Assembly: GCA_963833095.1 (NCBI GenBank)
Contig: CAWHWQ010000001.1
Coordinates: 448,001 to 512,000 of the forward strand
Source: Vulcanimicrobiota bacterium
GTDB taxonomy: Bacteria; Vulcanimicrobiota; Vulcanimicrobiia; Vulcanimicrobiales; Vulcanimicrobiaceae
DNA length: 64,000 bases
Reading direction: 5' to 3'
Shown: in pieces, positions 51,739 to 61,398 of the stretch
Layout of the letters: each line of letters opens with the position of its first letter
Numbering within the stretch: position 1 is the first letter of the stretch
Translations under genes and position numbers: made by a program
The notes under the pieces: generated by a model
What the model was told of the DNA's origin: nothing
The model's input: only the letters and a program-made list of their open reading frames with translations
The model's database searches: none

Positions 51739-52091
51739 GCGTGCGTCGACGTAGGTCTGGAAAGGCGCAGGTATTGCGCCGCTTCAACCGTGAGCAAGCC
51801 CTCGCCCATCATCGTCTCGAGTTCGCCGATCAGCGGCTCGAGTACCGACCAGTCATCCACGACTTCGATGAGGATCGGAAGGTTCGGCAGCCACGAAAAA
51901 ACTTTGGCCATGTGCACTTGGCCATGCCCACCGAAGCCTTCGATCCCGCGAAAGACCGTGGCGCCCGCGACACCGCGCTTGCGCAAGAATTCGACGATCG
52001 CCGTGTAGGTGGGCTGCACGCCGCGCCGATCCGCTTCGTCGACGAAGATCCGCAGCAATTTGCCGTCCCGAAAGCCCTGGGCGCTTTGCAT
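51735..52091 (-). CDS. DUF190 (PII-like fold) protein, copy 2
   Basis: LLRIFVDEAD, GATVFRGIEGFG, NLPILIEVVD; GGAGG SD. Confidence 0.88.
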   Translation of the reverse strand: MQSAQGFRDGKLLRIFVDEADRRGVQPTYTAIVEFLRKRGVAGATVFRGIEGFGGHGQVHMAKVFSWLPNLPILIEVVDDWSVLEPLIGELETMMGEGLLTVEAAQYLRLSRPTSTHA

Positions 52092-52124
52092 CGACGCGCC
52101 TCCGCGTAGCAAGTAAGAATTCCA

Positions 52125-52211
52125 AGGAGAGGGAGAGATTCGAACTCTCGGAACGCTTTCGCGTCCTGCGGTTTTCAAGACCGCTGCATTAAACCACTCT
52201 GCCACCTCTCC
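52125..52211 (-). tRNA. tRNA-Ser(TGA), CCA not encoded
   Basis: GGAGAGG/CCTCTCC acceptor, GCGGT-CTTGAAA-ACCGC anticodon arm, long variable arm, GAGAG-TTCGAAT-CTCTC. Confidence 0.96.
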
Positions 52212-52371
52212 GGGCGCAGACCCGTATTTTGGTGAGGACCGGCCTCCGACCTTGCGTCGCTCAGCCATGTCCTAGACAGAGGCCGCCGGATCGTCACATT
52301 TTGGGATGCCTCCGGCCCACTTCGCGGGGCTACGATGAGTGGACCACTTCGAAGGGGGAGACGATACAACA

Positions 52372-53886
52372 ATGCCAGCGAAGAAACCCAACATTCTGAT
52401 ACTCTGGGGCGACGATGTCGGCATCTGGAACATCAGCAAATTCAGCAACGGGATGATGGGGTACCGGACCCCCAACATCGACCGGGTTGCCAACGAAGGC
52501 GGCCTCTTCACCGACTACTATTCGCAGCAGAGCTGCACCGCGGGCCGCGCCTGCTTCATCACCGGTCAGAATCCGATCCGGACCGGCCTTACCAAGGTCG
52601 GCATGCCCGGCGCCACGGTTGGCCTTCATAAGGAAGACCCGACAATCGCCGAGATGCTCAAGCCCCTCGGCTACGCGACCGGTCAGTTCGGCAAGAACCA
52701 CCTCGGCGATCGCAACGAATTTTTGCCGACGGTGCACGGCTTCGATGAATTCTTCGGCAACCTGTATCACCTCAACGCCGAAGAAGAGCCCGAGCTGCCG
52801 GATTATCCCAAGGATCCTCGGTTCAAAGCCATGTTCGGGCCGCGCGGCGTGCTGCATTGCAAGGCGACTGACAAAGACGACGCAACCGTCGACCCGCGCT
52901 TCGGCAAAGTCGGCAAACAGACGATCCAAGATACCGGCCCGCTCACCAAGAAGCGCATGGAGACGATCGACGAGGAGATCACGTCCGCCGCAATGGCGTG
53001 GATGGAGAAGCAAGCCAAAGCCGATCAACCGTTCTTCCTGTGGTACAACTCGACCGCGATGCACTTCCGCACCCACGTGGCCGAAAAGAACATCGGCAAG
53101 AGCGGTCAAGATCCGTACAGCGATCGCATGGTCGTGCACGACGAACAGATCGGCATGATGCTCGATAAGCTCAAAGAGCTCGGGCTCGAGGACAATACGA
53201 TCGTCATGTACTCGACCGACAACGGTCCGGAGAACGACACCTGGCCGGACGGCGCCACGACCCCATTCCGCGGGCAAAAGGACTCCAACTGGGAAGGCGG
53301 ATGGCGCGTGCCGTGCTTCTTGCGCTGGCCGGGCGTCATCAAACCCGGATCAGTCTACAACGGCATCGTCTCGCACATCGACATGTTCCCGACGTTGCTC
53401 GCTGCTGCCGGTAATCCGGACGTCACCGAGCAATTGCTTAAGGGCACCACGGTAAATGGCCAGAAGTACAACGTCCACCTCGATGGCTACAACCAAATTC
53501 CCTACTTAAAGGGTGACGTAAAAGAAAGCCCGCGAAACGCGCTCGTGTACTTCAGTGATGACGGCGACGTTATCGCGGTGCGCGTCGGCGATTGGAAGTT
53601 CAACCTGTCGGTGCAACGGGCAAACACGATGCAGCAGTGGGCGGAGCCCTTCATCAAACTTCGCTTGCCGCATATCATGAGTATGCGCCGCGATCCGTTC
53701 GAGCGAGCCGATTTCAACTCAAACACGTACTTTGACTGGATGGTCGATCACGTGCCGCAGTTGTACATGATGCAAGCGGTGATCGCAGGTCAGATCGAGG
53801 ACTTCGTCAAGTTCCCACCGCGTCAAAAGCCGGCCTCGTTCAACCTTGATTCGGTCATGGAACAGGTCAAGACACCACACGGCTAG
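52372..53886 (+). CDS. Cys-type arylsulfatase, no signal peptide
   Basis: KPNILILWGDD, SCTAGR formylglycine motif, GKNHLG, STDNG, WEGGWRVP. Confidence 0.92.
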   Translation: MPAKKPNILILWGDDVGIWNISKFSNGMMGYRTPNIDRVANEGGLFTDYYSQQSCTAGRACFITGQNPIRTGLTKVGMPGATVGLHKEDPTIAEMLKPLGYATGQFGKNHLGDRNEFLPTVHGFDEFFGNLYHLNAEEEPELPDYPKDPRFKAMFGPRGVLHCKATDKDDATVDPRFGKVGKQTIQDTGPLTKKRMETIDEEITSAAMAWMEKQAKADQPFFLWYNSTAMHFRTHVAEKNIGKSGQDPYSDRMVVHDEQIGMMLDKLKELGLEDNTIVMYSTDNGPENDTWPDGATTPFRGQKDSNWEGGWRVPCFLRWPGVIKPGSVYNGIVSHIDMFPTLLAAAGNPDVTEQLLKGTTVNGQKYNVHLDGYNQIPYLKGDVKESPRNALVYFSDDGDVIAVRVGDWKFNLSVQRANTMQQWAEPFIKLRLPHIMSMRRDPFERADFNSNTYFDWMVDHVPQLYMMQAVIAGQIEDFVKFPPRQKPASFNLDSVMEQVKTPHG

Positions 53887-53902
53887 CATCATCACTGCAC
53901 TC

Positions 53903-55111
53903 ATGCACGACGAAGTGAGTGCGTTCTACGAGATGCATCCTTACCCACCGGCGGTAGACGACTTGGTCGCCTACCGCCGGCTTTGGGACGACGCGCGCCG
54001 GCGCGCCGACGCGCATCTCTTCTGGCCGAACGATGCGTATCGCGACGACCGGAGCATCCTCGTCGCCGGGTGCGGCACCTCACAAGCCGCGCATTATGCG
54101 GTGCGCTGGCCGAACGCGCGCGTCGTTGGTATTGACGTCAGCGCGAACAGCATCGCCTTCACGCAAGAACTTAAGCGAACGCACACGCTGCAAAATCTCG
54201 AGGTCTACCAACTGCCGGTCGAGCGTGCAGCCGAACTCGGGCAAACCTTCGATCACGTCGTCTGCACGGGGGTGCTGCATCACCTTGCCGACCCCGACGC
54301 GGGTTTGCGAGCCTTGCACGACGCTCTGGCACCAAACGGTGCGCTGCACGTGATGGTGTATGCGCCGTACGGCCGCGCCGGCGTGTACATGCTCCAAGAC
54401 TATTGCCGGCGCTTGGGCATCGCCACAACCAACGACGCTATCCACGACCTCGCCGCAACGCTGCGCGCCCTTCCGCCCGATCATCCGCTCGTGCCGTTGC
54501 TGCGCAACTCACCCGATTTTGCGGATACTGCCGCGATGGCGGATGCGCTGTTGCATCCGCGCGATCGCGCCTACTCGGTTCCGCAACTCTACGAATTTCT
54601 CGCTCACGCGGATCTGGAGTTTGGGCGCTGGATTCGCCAAGCGCCATATCTGCCTCAGTGCGGGGCCATCGCCGCAACGCCACACGCGGCGAAGATCGCG
54701 TCGCTAGCGCCGCGCGAGCAACACGCGGCGATCGAACTCTTCCGCGGCACGATGGTGCGCCATAGCGCCGTCGCGTACCGCAGCGATCGACCGCCGCACG
54801 CGCACGGCGACTTTGACGGCGTCGACTGGCCGAACTACGTGCCCATCCGGCTGCCCGAAACGATCGCGGTACGTGAGCGCGTCCCGGCCGGTGCAAGCGC
54901 TGTGTTGATCAATCGCAATCATCGCTACACCGATCTCTACCTCCCTATCGACGCGACGCAAGGGGCGTGGCTCGACGGCATCAACGATCAGCGCACCATC
55001 GCCCAGATCGTCGGCGAGAACGGCGACCGCAACCGTGCGCGCGCGTTCTTTGCGCAGCTCTGGGAGTGGGACCAGGTTGTGTTTGATACCTCCGGGAAGC
55101 CCCCGCCATGA
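53903..55111 (+). CDS. Class I SAM-dependent methyltransferase
   Basis: ILVAGCGT, VVGIDVS, FDHVVCTGVLHHL. Confidence 0.85.
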   Translation: MHDEVSAFYEMHPYPPAVDDLVAYRRLWDDARRRADAHLFWPNDAYRDDRSILVAGCGTSQAAHYAVRWPNARVVGIDVSANSIAFTQELKRTHTLQNLEVYQLPVERAAELGQTFDHVVCTGVLHHLADPDAGLRALHDALAPNGALHVMVYAPYGRAGVYMLQDYCRRLGIATTNDAIHDLAATLRALPPDHPLVPLLRNSPDFADTAAMADALLHPRDRAYSVPQLYEFLAHADLEFGRWIRQAPYLPQCGAIAATPHAAKIASLAPREQHAAIELFRGTMVRHSAVAYRSDRPPHAHGDFDGVDWPNYVPIRLPETIAVRERVPAGASAVLINRNHRYTDLYLPIDATQGAWLDGINDQRTIAQIVGENGDRNRARAFFAQLWEWDQVVFDTSGKPPP

Positions 55112-55881
55112 GCGCCACAAAAACCCCAGCCGCCGGCGTCCGCGACCGCGTCACGGCCCAAGAGTGGGAACAACGGGTCGACCTTGCCGCAGCCTATCGG
55201 CTGGTCGCGCATTTCCATTGGGATGACTTGATCTTCACCCATCTCTCAGCCCGCGTACCCGGGCCCGAGCATCACTTTCTCATCAATCCCTACGGCATGA
55301 TGTTCGATGAGATCACCGCCTCGAGTCTGGTCAAGGTCGACCTTGGCGGCAACAAAGTGATGGAATCACCGTACGAGATCAATCCCGCCGGTTTTACCAT
55401 TCACAGCGCGATTCACGAAGCCCGCGACGACGCCAAGGCCATCTTTCACGTACACAGTTTGAACGGTATCGCGGTCTCCGCGCAGGAGCACGGCGTGCTG
55501 CCGATTTCGCAGCAGTCGACCTTTGTGCTCTCGTCGCTTGCCTATCACGACTACGAGGGCGTCGCGTTACGCGATGATGAGAAGCCGCGGCTAGTAGCCG
55601 ACCTCGGCGGCAAAGGCTTTCTGATGCTGCGTAACCACGGGCTCCTCACCGTGGCCGAAAATATCGCTGAAGCGTTTCTCGCGCTCTACATCTTCGAAAG
55701 CACCTGCGCGATTCAAGTGCGCGCGCAAGGCATGGGCGACAATCTCATTCGCGTTGACCCGCGGATCGTCGCCGGCGCGCAAGCCAATTCCAAGGCGGTC
55801 ACCCGCGGCGCCGGCGGCACACTCGCCTGGCCCGGCCTCATTCGTAAACTCGACCGGATCGATCCCAGCTACGCACAATAA
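55108..55881 (+). CDS. Class II aldolase/adducin family protein
   Basis: FTHLSAR, AGFTIHSAIH, HVH, LRNHGLL. Confidence 0.9.
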   Translation: MSATKTPAAGVRDRVTAQEWEQRVDLAAAYRLVAHFHWDDLIFTHLSARVPGPEHHFLINPYGMMFDEITASSLVKVDLGGNKVMESPYEINPAGFTIHSAIHEARDDAKAIFHVHSLNGIAVSAQEHGVLPISQQSTFVLSSLAYHDYEGVALRDDEKPRLVADLGGKGFLMLRNHGLLTVAENIAEAFLALYIFESTCAIQVRAQGMGDNLIRVDPRIVAGAQANSKAVTRGAGGTLAWPGLIRKLDRIDPSYAQ

Positions 55882-55897
55882 AACATAAGGAGGTCAC

Positions 55898-56572
55898 ATG
55901 AACTACGACCGTCGCGCGTTTCTTCTTCAAGCGAGCGCAGGTCTTGCAGTTGCATCAACAGCTTCCGCTTCGGCCGCCCCGGTATCGGGGGCCCCACTCG
56001 ACGCAAACGGCGCCCTCGCCGCGCTTATGGCCGGCAACGCGCGCTTCGTAGCCGATAAGGCGGCGTGTCCACCGCTCACGGCGCGGCGCATCGAGCTCGC
56101 CGAAGGACAAAGCCCCTTCGCTATTATCGTGAGTTGTTCTGACTCGCGCGTTCCCGTCGAAACCGTTTTCGATCAGATTCCGGGCAATATTTTCGGCATC
56201 CGCATCGCCGGAAATTTCATGGATCGCGGCGGGGTCGGTTCGATCGAATACGCGGTCGCCGTTTTGAAATCACCGCTGATTCTCGTTCTCGGCCATAGTG
56301 AGTGCGGTGCGGTCAAAGCGGCACTCGCGTACGCCAAGGATTCGTCAGCGACGCAGCCGGGTGATATTCAATATCTCGTCGAGAGCATTGCGCCCGGCAT
56401 CAAAGGCGCAACCGGCTCGCTGCATGCGGCAATCGCCGCAAATGTGCGCGTCGAAATGCATCGCGTGCAAGCGATGTCAACGATCGTTAGCGACGCAGTA
56501 ACCGCTGGCAAAGCGAAAATCGCCGGCGGCGTCTACGATCTCCACTCGGGTCACGTAACGCTACTTTCCTAA
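55898..56572 (+). CDS. Tat-exported beta carbonic anhydrase
   Basis: DRRAFL twin-Arg signal, CSDSRVP, GHSECGAV. Confidence 0.92.
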   Translation: MNYDRRAFLLQASAGLAVASTASASAAPVSGAPLDANGALAALMAGNARFVADKAACPPLTARRIELAEGQSPFAIIVSCSDSRVPVETVFDQIPGNIFGIRIAGNFMDRGGVGSIEYAVAVLKSPLILVLGHSECGAVKAALAYAKDSSATQPGDIQYLVESIAPGIKGATGSLHAAIAANVRVEMHRVQAMSTIVSDAVTAGKAKIAGGVYDLHSGHVTLLS

Positions 56573-56606
56573 AGCCTTCCCTACTTTACTGATCGGAGCA
56601 AGAGTA

Positions 56607-58445
56607 ATGGCAATTCGCGCATCCTTCGGATTGGCTGCCGCTGCGTTCTTCATGCTTTCCGCCTGCGGCGGAGGCGGCAACACCTCCAATTCGATCCCCA
56701 CGGCCGGCATGACGCAAGGTAATCTGGCCAACTCGGCGCCTGCCGCAACGCAGTCGTACGCCTATCCCGACAGCGCTCCGGCGGGCGTGCGTATCTACGT
56801 CCACCTCCCGTTGCGTAACAGCGCCCAGCTGGATCAACTTATCTCGCAACAGAGCACCAAGGATTCCTCGCTCTATCATCAGTGGCTAACGCCTGCGCAA
56901 TTTCGCGCGGAGTACGGACCAACGGCGAGCAGTCTTGCGACTGCGGCCGCAGCGCTGAGCGCGCAAGGGTTCAAAACGGCGATCACCTCGCAAGGCATCG
57001 TGGCCGACGCACCGCAAGCGACCGTGGAGCGGCTGTTCAACGTCCGCCTTTCAAACCGGTCGGCCGCCCTTTCTCGCGGTACCGCGGTAACGCTGCTCCA
57101 AGCCGATAAGGCGCCGACGGTTCCCGCGGCGCTTGCCAGCGTTGGCGCGCAAGTCGCTGCGTTCGCGCCGCTTCCGGCGATGCGGCCCAGCTTCGCGAAG
57201 GTCAGCACCGCGTCGTTTGCGGACAATCGCTACAGCAATGCCGGACCGTATTGGTTCGACGACCTCAAACAGGCGTATCAGTATCCGTCGTATGCAACCG
57301 CCACCGGCCGCGGACGTACGATCGGCATCGTTGCCGCGTGCGATTACCTCGACAGTGACGTGTCGCTCTACTTTGGTCATGAGAACCTCACCCCGCCCAC
57401 GGTCGCACGGCGCGCGGTGGACGGCGGAAGCCCGCCGTTCGACATCAATAACGGTGATTGCGACGAGGTTTCCCTTGACGTGCAGCAGTCCGGCGGCTCC
57501 GCGCCCGGCGCAACCATTCTAGTCTACGAGGCGCCGGATGCTTCGATCGTGCCGTCGTTCCTGGATATGTACACGGCGATCGTCGAAGACAACAAAGCCG
57601 ACGTGGTTAGCACGTCGTTCGGCCTCTGCGAACTCTACTTCACGGCGGCATATAACGGCGGCGAGGACTTCACGTACTTGTTCAATACGTTCCACGACCT
57701 CTATCGGCAAGGTAATGCGCAGGGCATCACGTTCGTGCAATCCTCCGGTGACAACGGGGCGCTGAACTGCACCGACGTAACCGGCGCGGTCGCAACCCTC
57801 GGCGTCAATTGGGCGTCCGATGACACCGACGTCACCGGCGTCGGCGGCACCAACCTCGTTACGAGCTTTAACAGCGGCTCGTTGCGCTCGGCGTATGTCT
57901 CCGAAAACGCCTACGACGACATCTTCTCCCCAAGCTCCGGTGAACCGGCCGGCGCGGTGTGGGGATCGGGCGGCGGTAAGAGCCTCTACTTCCAAAAGCC
58001 GATCTATCAATATCTTGTCAATACCGGTGCATCGACGCGAACGGTTCCCGACGTTGCGATGCACATGGGCGGCTGCCCATACGGCGCGGTAACACCGTGC
58101 GGAGCGGATCGCAGTTCGGACGTCACGGCCCTCGGGGGCGGCTTCTATCTGCTGATCGGAACGAGCGCTTCGTCACCGGAGTTTGCCGGTCTGCAAGCCG
58201 TGCAAGACCAACTCCTCGGTAGCCGCACCGGAAACGTCAACTATCTACTCTACGCGCTCGCGGCGCTGGGCTCGGTCGGGAACGGGCCGATCTTCCACAA
58301 CAATATCCCGGGTAACAACGGATATTATCCATCGCATCCTGGATATAACGAGGTTGTCGGCAACGGAACGCCGCGCGGTGCTCAATACGCGCTCGATCCG
58401 TTCGGGCCGCAAGCGGGCAACCCACAAACACCAAGTAACCCCTAA
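56607..58445 (+). CDS. S53 (sedolisin) peptidase lipoprotein with prodomain
   Basis: LSAC lipobox, WLTPAQF prodomain, EVSLD, SSGDNG, GTSASSP. Confidence 0.9.
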   Translation: MAIRASFGLAAAAFFMLSACGGGGNTSNSIPTAGMTQGNLANSAPAATQSYAYPDSAPAGVRIYVHLPLRNSAQLDQLISQQSTKDSSLYHQWLTPAQFRAEYGPTASSLATAAAALSAQGFKTAITSQGIVADAPQATVERLFNVRLSNRSAALSRGTAVTLLQADKAPTVPAALASVGAQVAAFAPLPAMRPSFAKVSTASFADNRYSNAGPYWFDDLKQAYQYPSYATATGRGRTIGIVAACDYLDSDVSLYFGHENLTPPTVARRAVDGGSPPFDINNGDCDEVSLDVQQSGGSAPGATILVYEAPDASIVPSFLDMYTAIVEDNKADVVSTSFGLCELYFTAAYNGGEDFTYLFNTFHDLYRQGNAQGITFVQSSGDNGALNCTDVTGAVATLGVNWASDDTDVTGVGGTNLVTSFNSGSLRSAYVSENAYDDIFSPSSGEPAGAVWGSGGGKSLYFQKPIYQYLVNTGASTRTVPDVAMHMGGCPYGAVTPCGADRSSDVTALGGGFYLLIGTSASSPEFAGLQAVQDQLLGSRTGNVNYLLYALAALGSVGNGPIFHNNIPGNNGYYPSHPGYNEVVGNGTPRGAQYALDPFGPQAGNPQTPSNP

Positions 58446-58454
58446 GGGATCGTA

Positions 58455-58483
58455 AGCGGGCGCCGTCCTCGACGGCGCCCGCT
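58455..58483. terminator. Strong hairpin after the S53 gene
   Basis: AGCGGGCGCCGTC-CTC-GACGGCGCCCGCT perfect 13-bp stem; no U-tract. Confidence 0.6.
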
Positions 58484-58541
58484 CTCTGCGCCGTCCTGGA
58501 TTCGCGCTGTCGCATTTCTGGGCATCTGCTACCATTCGCGC

Positions 58542-59753
58542 ATGAAGCCCGATCCCGTCGCTGCGCAGGCGTACCTCTACGGCTTTCCGCTGCTGCTCAT
58601 GGATGCAGCAGCTCGGCGAGGGACCGGGAGTGCGGGGGCGGTCCTCAATCGCTTTACGCATTGCTTCGATCTTGCGGAAACCTCACTAGGCGGCGTTGTG
58701 CTCCCGAGCAGAGATCTCGCGTCTTCCGTCGCCTGGCTGGACTTACGCCGAGCACCGGTGATACTCACGTCGCTTCCCACCAACAGTTACTACGTGATGT
58801 CGTTGATCGATGCGTGGAGCAACGTCTTCGCGACACTCGGTACGCGCGCGGCGGGGAACGCCGAAAATCGGTTCGCCATCGTCGGCCCAAATTGGACCGG
58901 TTCTATCCCGTCAAACTGTACGCGCGTCTGCGCTCCGACGAACCTTGCGTGTATCGTCGTGCAAACGTCCGTGGAAGAGCTCTTGCAAACCCTTGCGCTC
59001 GCCTCACTTGACGAACGCTACCGTCTCGAACCATCCGGGAGCGAATCGCCGGGGCTCGAGCCCGCGTCGGTGCTGAGCGACGTCGACGCGCTTAGCGCAG
59101 AGGAGGCGTTCACCCGCATCCGCGAGCTGATGATCGACAATCCAGCCGCCCGCTCCGACGCATCAGCCATCGACGCATTGGACGCGTTGCGCGGCCACGA
59201 AGCGAGCGCAGCGTCGGCGAATGCCGCTGCGCAAGCGCGCAGGCAAATCGATGAGATCCCCGACACCGAGCAGGGCGGATGGGCGCTTGACACAGGCACC
59301 GGCCGCTACGGAACCGATTATTTGCGGCGCGCGCGCGGCGCGCGACATAACTTTCTTGCAAGCACGGCGCATGATGTTCTCTGCGTCCAGGCGCGCTCTG
59401 ATACGCATAACCTCCGCCTGACGGGAACCAAAGACTACGTGCTGCACTTCGATCCTTGGGACGAACCGCCGGCACGAGCCTTCTGGTCGCTATGCGCATT
59501 CGATAACGAGCGCCGTTTTACGACGAATGCCGCGGTGCCAACGACGATCGACAGCCGCGAGCCGCTCGCTCGCCGATCGAATCGTTCGCTCGATCTCTAT
59601 CTCGCGCACGATCAACCGATCGACGATCGCGTGCAGAATTGGCTGGCCTGCCCGCAGTCCGAGTTCACGCTTGCGCTCCGTCTTTACTGGCCTCGGCAGG
59701 CAGCTTTGAGCGGAGTCTGGATGCCGCCGAACATTGCCGCGCTATCGCGCTAA
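58542..59753 (+). CDS. DUF1254/DUF1214 protein
   Basis: AYLYGFPL, AWLDL, IVGPNW, GRYGTDYLRRA, PPARAFWSL, NWL...LRLYWP. Confidence 0.85.
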   Translation: MKPDPVAAQAYLYGFPLLLMDAAARRGTGSAGAVLNRFTHCFDLAETSLGGVVLPSRDLASSVAWLDLRRAPVILTSLPTNSYYVMSLIDAWSNVFATLGTRAAGNAENRFAIVGPNWTGSIPSNCTRVCAPTNLACIVVQTSVEELLQTLALASLDERYRLEPSGSESPGLEPASVLSDVDALSAEEAFTRIRELMIDNPAARSDASAIDALDALRGHEASAASANAAAQARRQIDEIPDTEQGGWALDTGTGRYGTDYLRRARGARHNFLASTAHDVLCVQARSDTHNLRLTGTKDYVLHFDPWDEPPARAFWSLCAFDNERRFTTNAAVPTTIDSREPLARRSNRSLDLYLAHDQPIDDRVQNWLACPQSEFTLALRLYWPRQAALSGVWMPPNIAALSR

Positions 59754-60491
59754 GAATTTCATGAACGCGGCGCGCGCTTCGTCGGATTGCAGTGCCGTCG
59801 CGAAGGTGGTAAGCTCCTCGTCCATCGCGCGGTCGACGAGATCGGCAAATCGCGCCTTGAGCAGTCGTTTGGTATTCGCAAGCGCCTTGGGCGGCAGTTC
59901 GGCTAGCGCCCCGCACATCATCGCGACCGCGCCGTCGACATCGACGTCGTCCGTCACCCGGTTCACGAGACCCATCTCCCTGGCTTCGTCGGCGCCGAAT
60001 TGCTCGCCGGAGAGCATCAACCACGATGCCCGCGTGCGTCCCGCAATCAACGGAAAGAGCACGCTCGAGGCAGCTTCGGGAACCAGGCCGAGTCGCACGA
60101 ACGGCAAGGCGAAGCGCGCCGATCGCCCGGCGACGACCGCATCGCAGTGCATGAGCAGTGTGGTGCCGATCCCGATCGCCACGCCTTTGACGCCTGCAAG
60201 CAGTGGTTTTGGAAACGCCACAAGCGCGCGCAGGAGCTTGATGACCGGTAAGTCGCCGTCGGTCGCGGCACCGCCCGCCGCAAGAAAATCACCGAGATCG
60301 TTTCCCGCGGTAAACACGTCGCCTCCGAAGAGGCCGACGGCGCGCACCGCATCGTCGCTGGCCGCATCGTCAAGCGCGTCGACGAGCGCCTGATACATCG
60401 CGACCGTGATCGCATTTTTTTTCTCAGGCCGATTAAACCGTATCGACGCTACGGCGCCGTCTTTGCTGTAGATAATCTGTTCGCTCATCAT
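59742..60491 (-). CDS. Enoyl-CoA hydratase/isomerase family protein
   Basis: NRPEKKNA, FTAGNDL, AIGIG, LGLVPEA. Confidence 0.9.
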   Translation of the reverse strand: MMSEQIIYSKDGAVASIRFNRPEKKNAITVAMYQALVDALDDAASDDAVRAVGLFGGDVFTAGNDLGDFLAAGGAATDGDLPVIKLLRALVAFPKPLLAGVKGVAIGIGTTLLMHCDAVVAGRSARFALPFVRLGLVPEAASSVLFPLIAGRTRASWLMLSGEQFGADEAREMGLVNRVTDDVDVDGAVAMMCGALAELPPKALANTKRLLKARFADLVDRAMDEELTTFATALQSDEARAAFMKFLAR

Positions 60492-60492
60492 C

Positions 60493-61371
60493 TCATACCG
60501 GGAGTGGCAGCAGTTTGGTCTTCGAGCGCGCAATCGCAGCGTCCGGAACGAAAAAGTCCGGCATCAGCGGCGAATGCGGATCGTAGGCATAGGACGTGAA
60601 ATCGGTGACGCCGTCGGCAACCAGTACCTCTTCGTCGATAAAGAAGTTTCCGGTGCATTCTCGGGATGGCCGGTGCAAAATGGCAATCGCCGCGTCGCCC
60701 ATGATCTCGGGCTTACGCGACACCCGCGCCATCGAATCACCGCCCAGCAGATTGCGCACCGCCGCGGTGTCGATCGTCGTGAGCGGCCAGAGCGAGTTCA
60801 CGGCGATGCCTTGCTCGGCAAGCTCCGCCGACATGCCCAGCGTGCACATCGACATCCCGAATTTCGCCATCGTGTAGGCGACGTGATTTTTGAACCAGCG
60901 CGCTTGCATATCCAGCGGCGGGGCCAGGTTGAGGATATGCGGGTTCTCGGCTTTGGCTAAGTGTGGAATCGTCGTTTTCGCGCACACAAACGTCCCGCGC
61001 GCATTGATCTGGTTCATTAAATCGTACCGCTTCATGTCCGTGTGCGTGGTTAGCGTGAGCGAAATGGCGCTTGCATTGTTGATGCAGACGTCGATCCCGC
61101 CGAACTGCGCGACCGTTTTTGCCACCGCCTCCTGCACTTGCTCTTCGAAGCGGATGTCGCATTGCAGCGGCAACGCGGCCCCGCCCGCAGCCTCGATCTC
61201 TTGCGCGGCGGTATAAATGGTTCCCGGCAGCTTGGGATTGGGCTCAACGGTCTTCGCCGCGATCGCGACGTTTGCGCCCTCGCGCGCAGCACGCAGCGCA
61301 ATCGCTAAGCCGATCCCGCGGCTCGCTCCGGTAATGAATAGGGTTTTCCCTTTGAGCGAAAAGGTCTTCAT
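60493..61371 (-). CDS. SDR oxidoreductase (HSDL2-like)
   Basis: TGASRGIG, INNASAI, YTMAK, NSLWP. Confidence 0.9.
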   Translation of the reverse strand: MKTFSLKGKTLFITGASRGIGLAIALRAAREGANVAIAAKTVEPNPKLPGTIYTAAQEIEAAGGAALPLQCDIRFEEQVQEAVAKTVAQFGGIDVCINNASAISLTLTTHTDMKRYDLMNQINARGTFVCAKTTIPHLAKAENPHILNLAPPLDMQARWFKNHVAYTMAKFGMSMCTLGMSAELAEQGIAVNSLWPLTTIDTAAVRNLLGGDSMARVSRKPEIMGDAAIAILHRPSRECTGNFFIDEEVLVADGVTDFTSYAYDPHSPLMPDFFVPDAAIARSKTKLLPLPV

Positions 61372-61398
61372 CAAAACTCCGCAAAGGCTGCATGCAAC

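Noticed and set aside
43449..52211. Integrative island at tRNA-Ser
   Set aside because: No integrase, no repeat of the tRNA 3' end found and no obvious compositional shift
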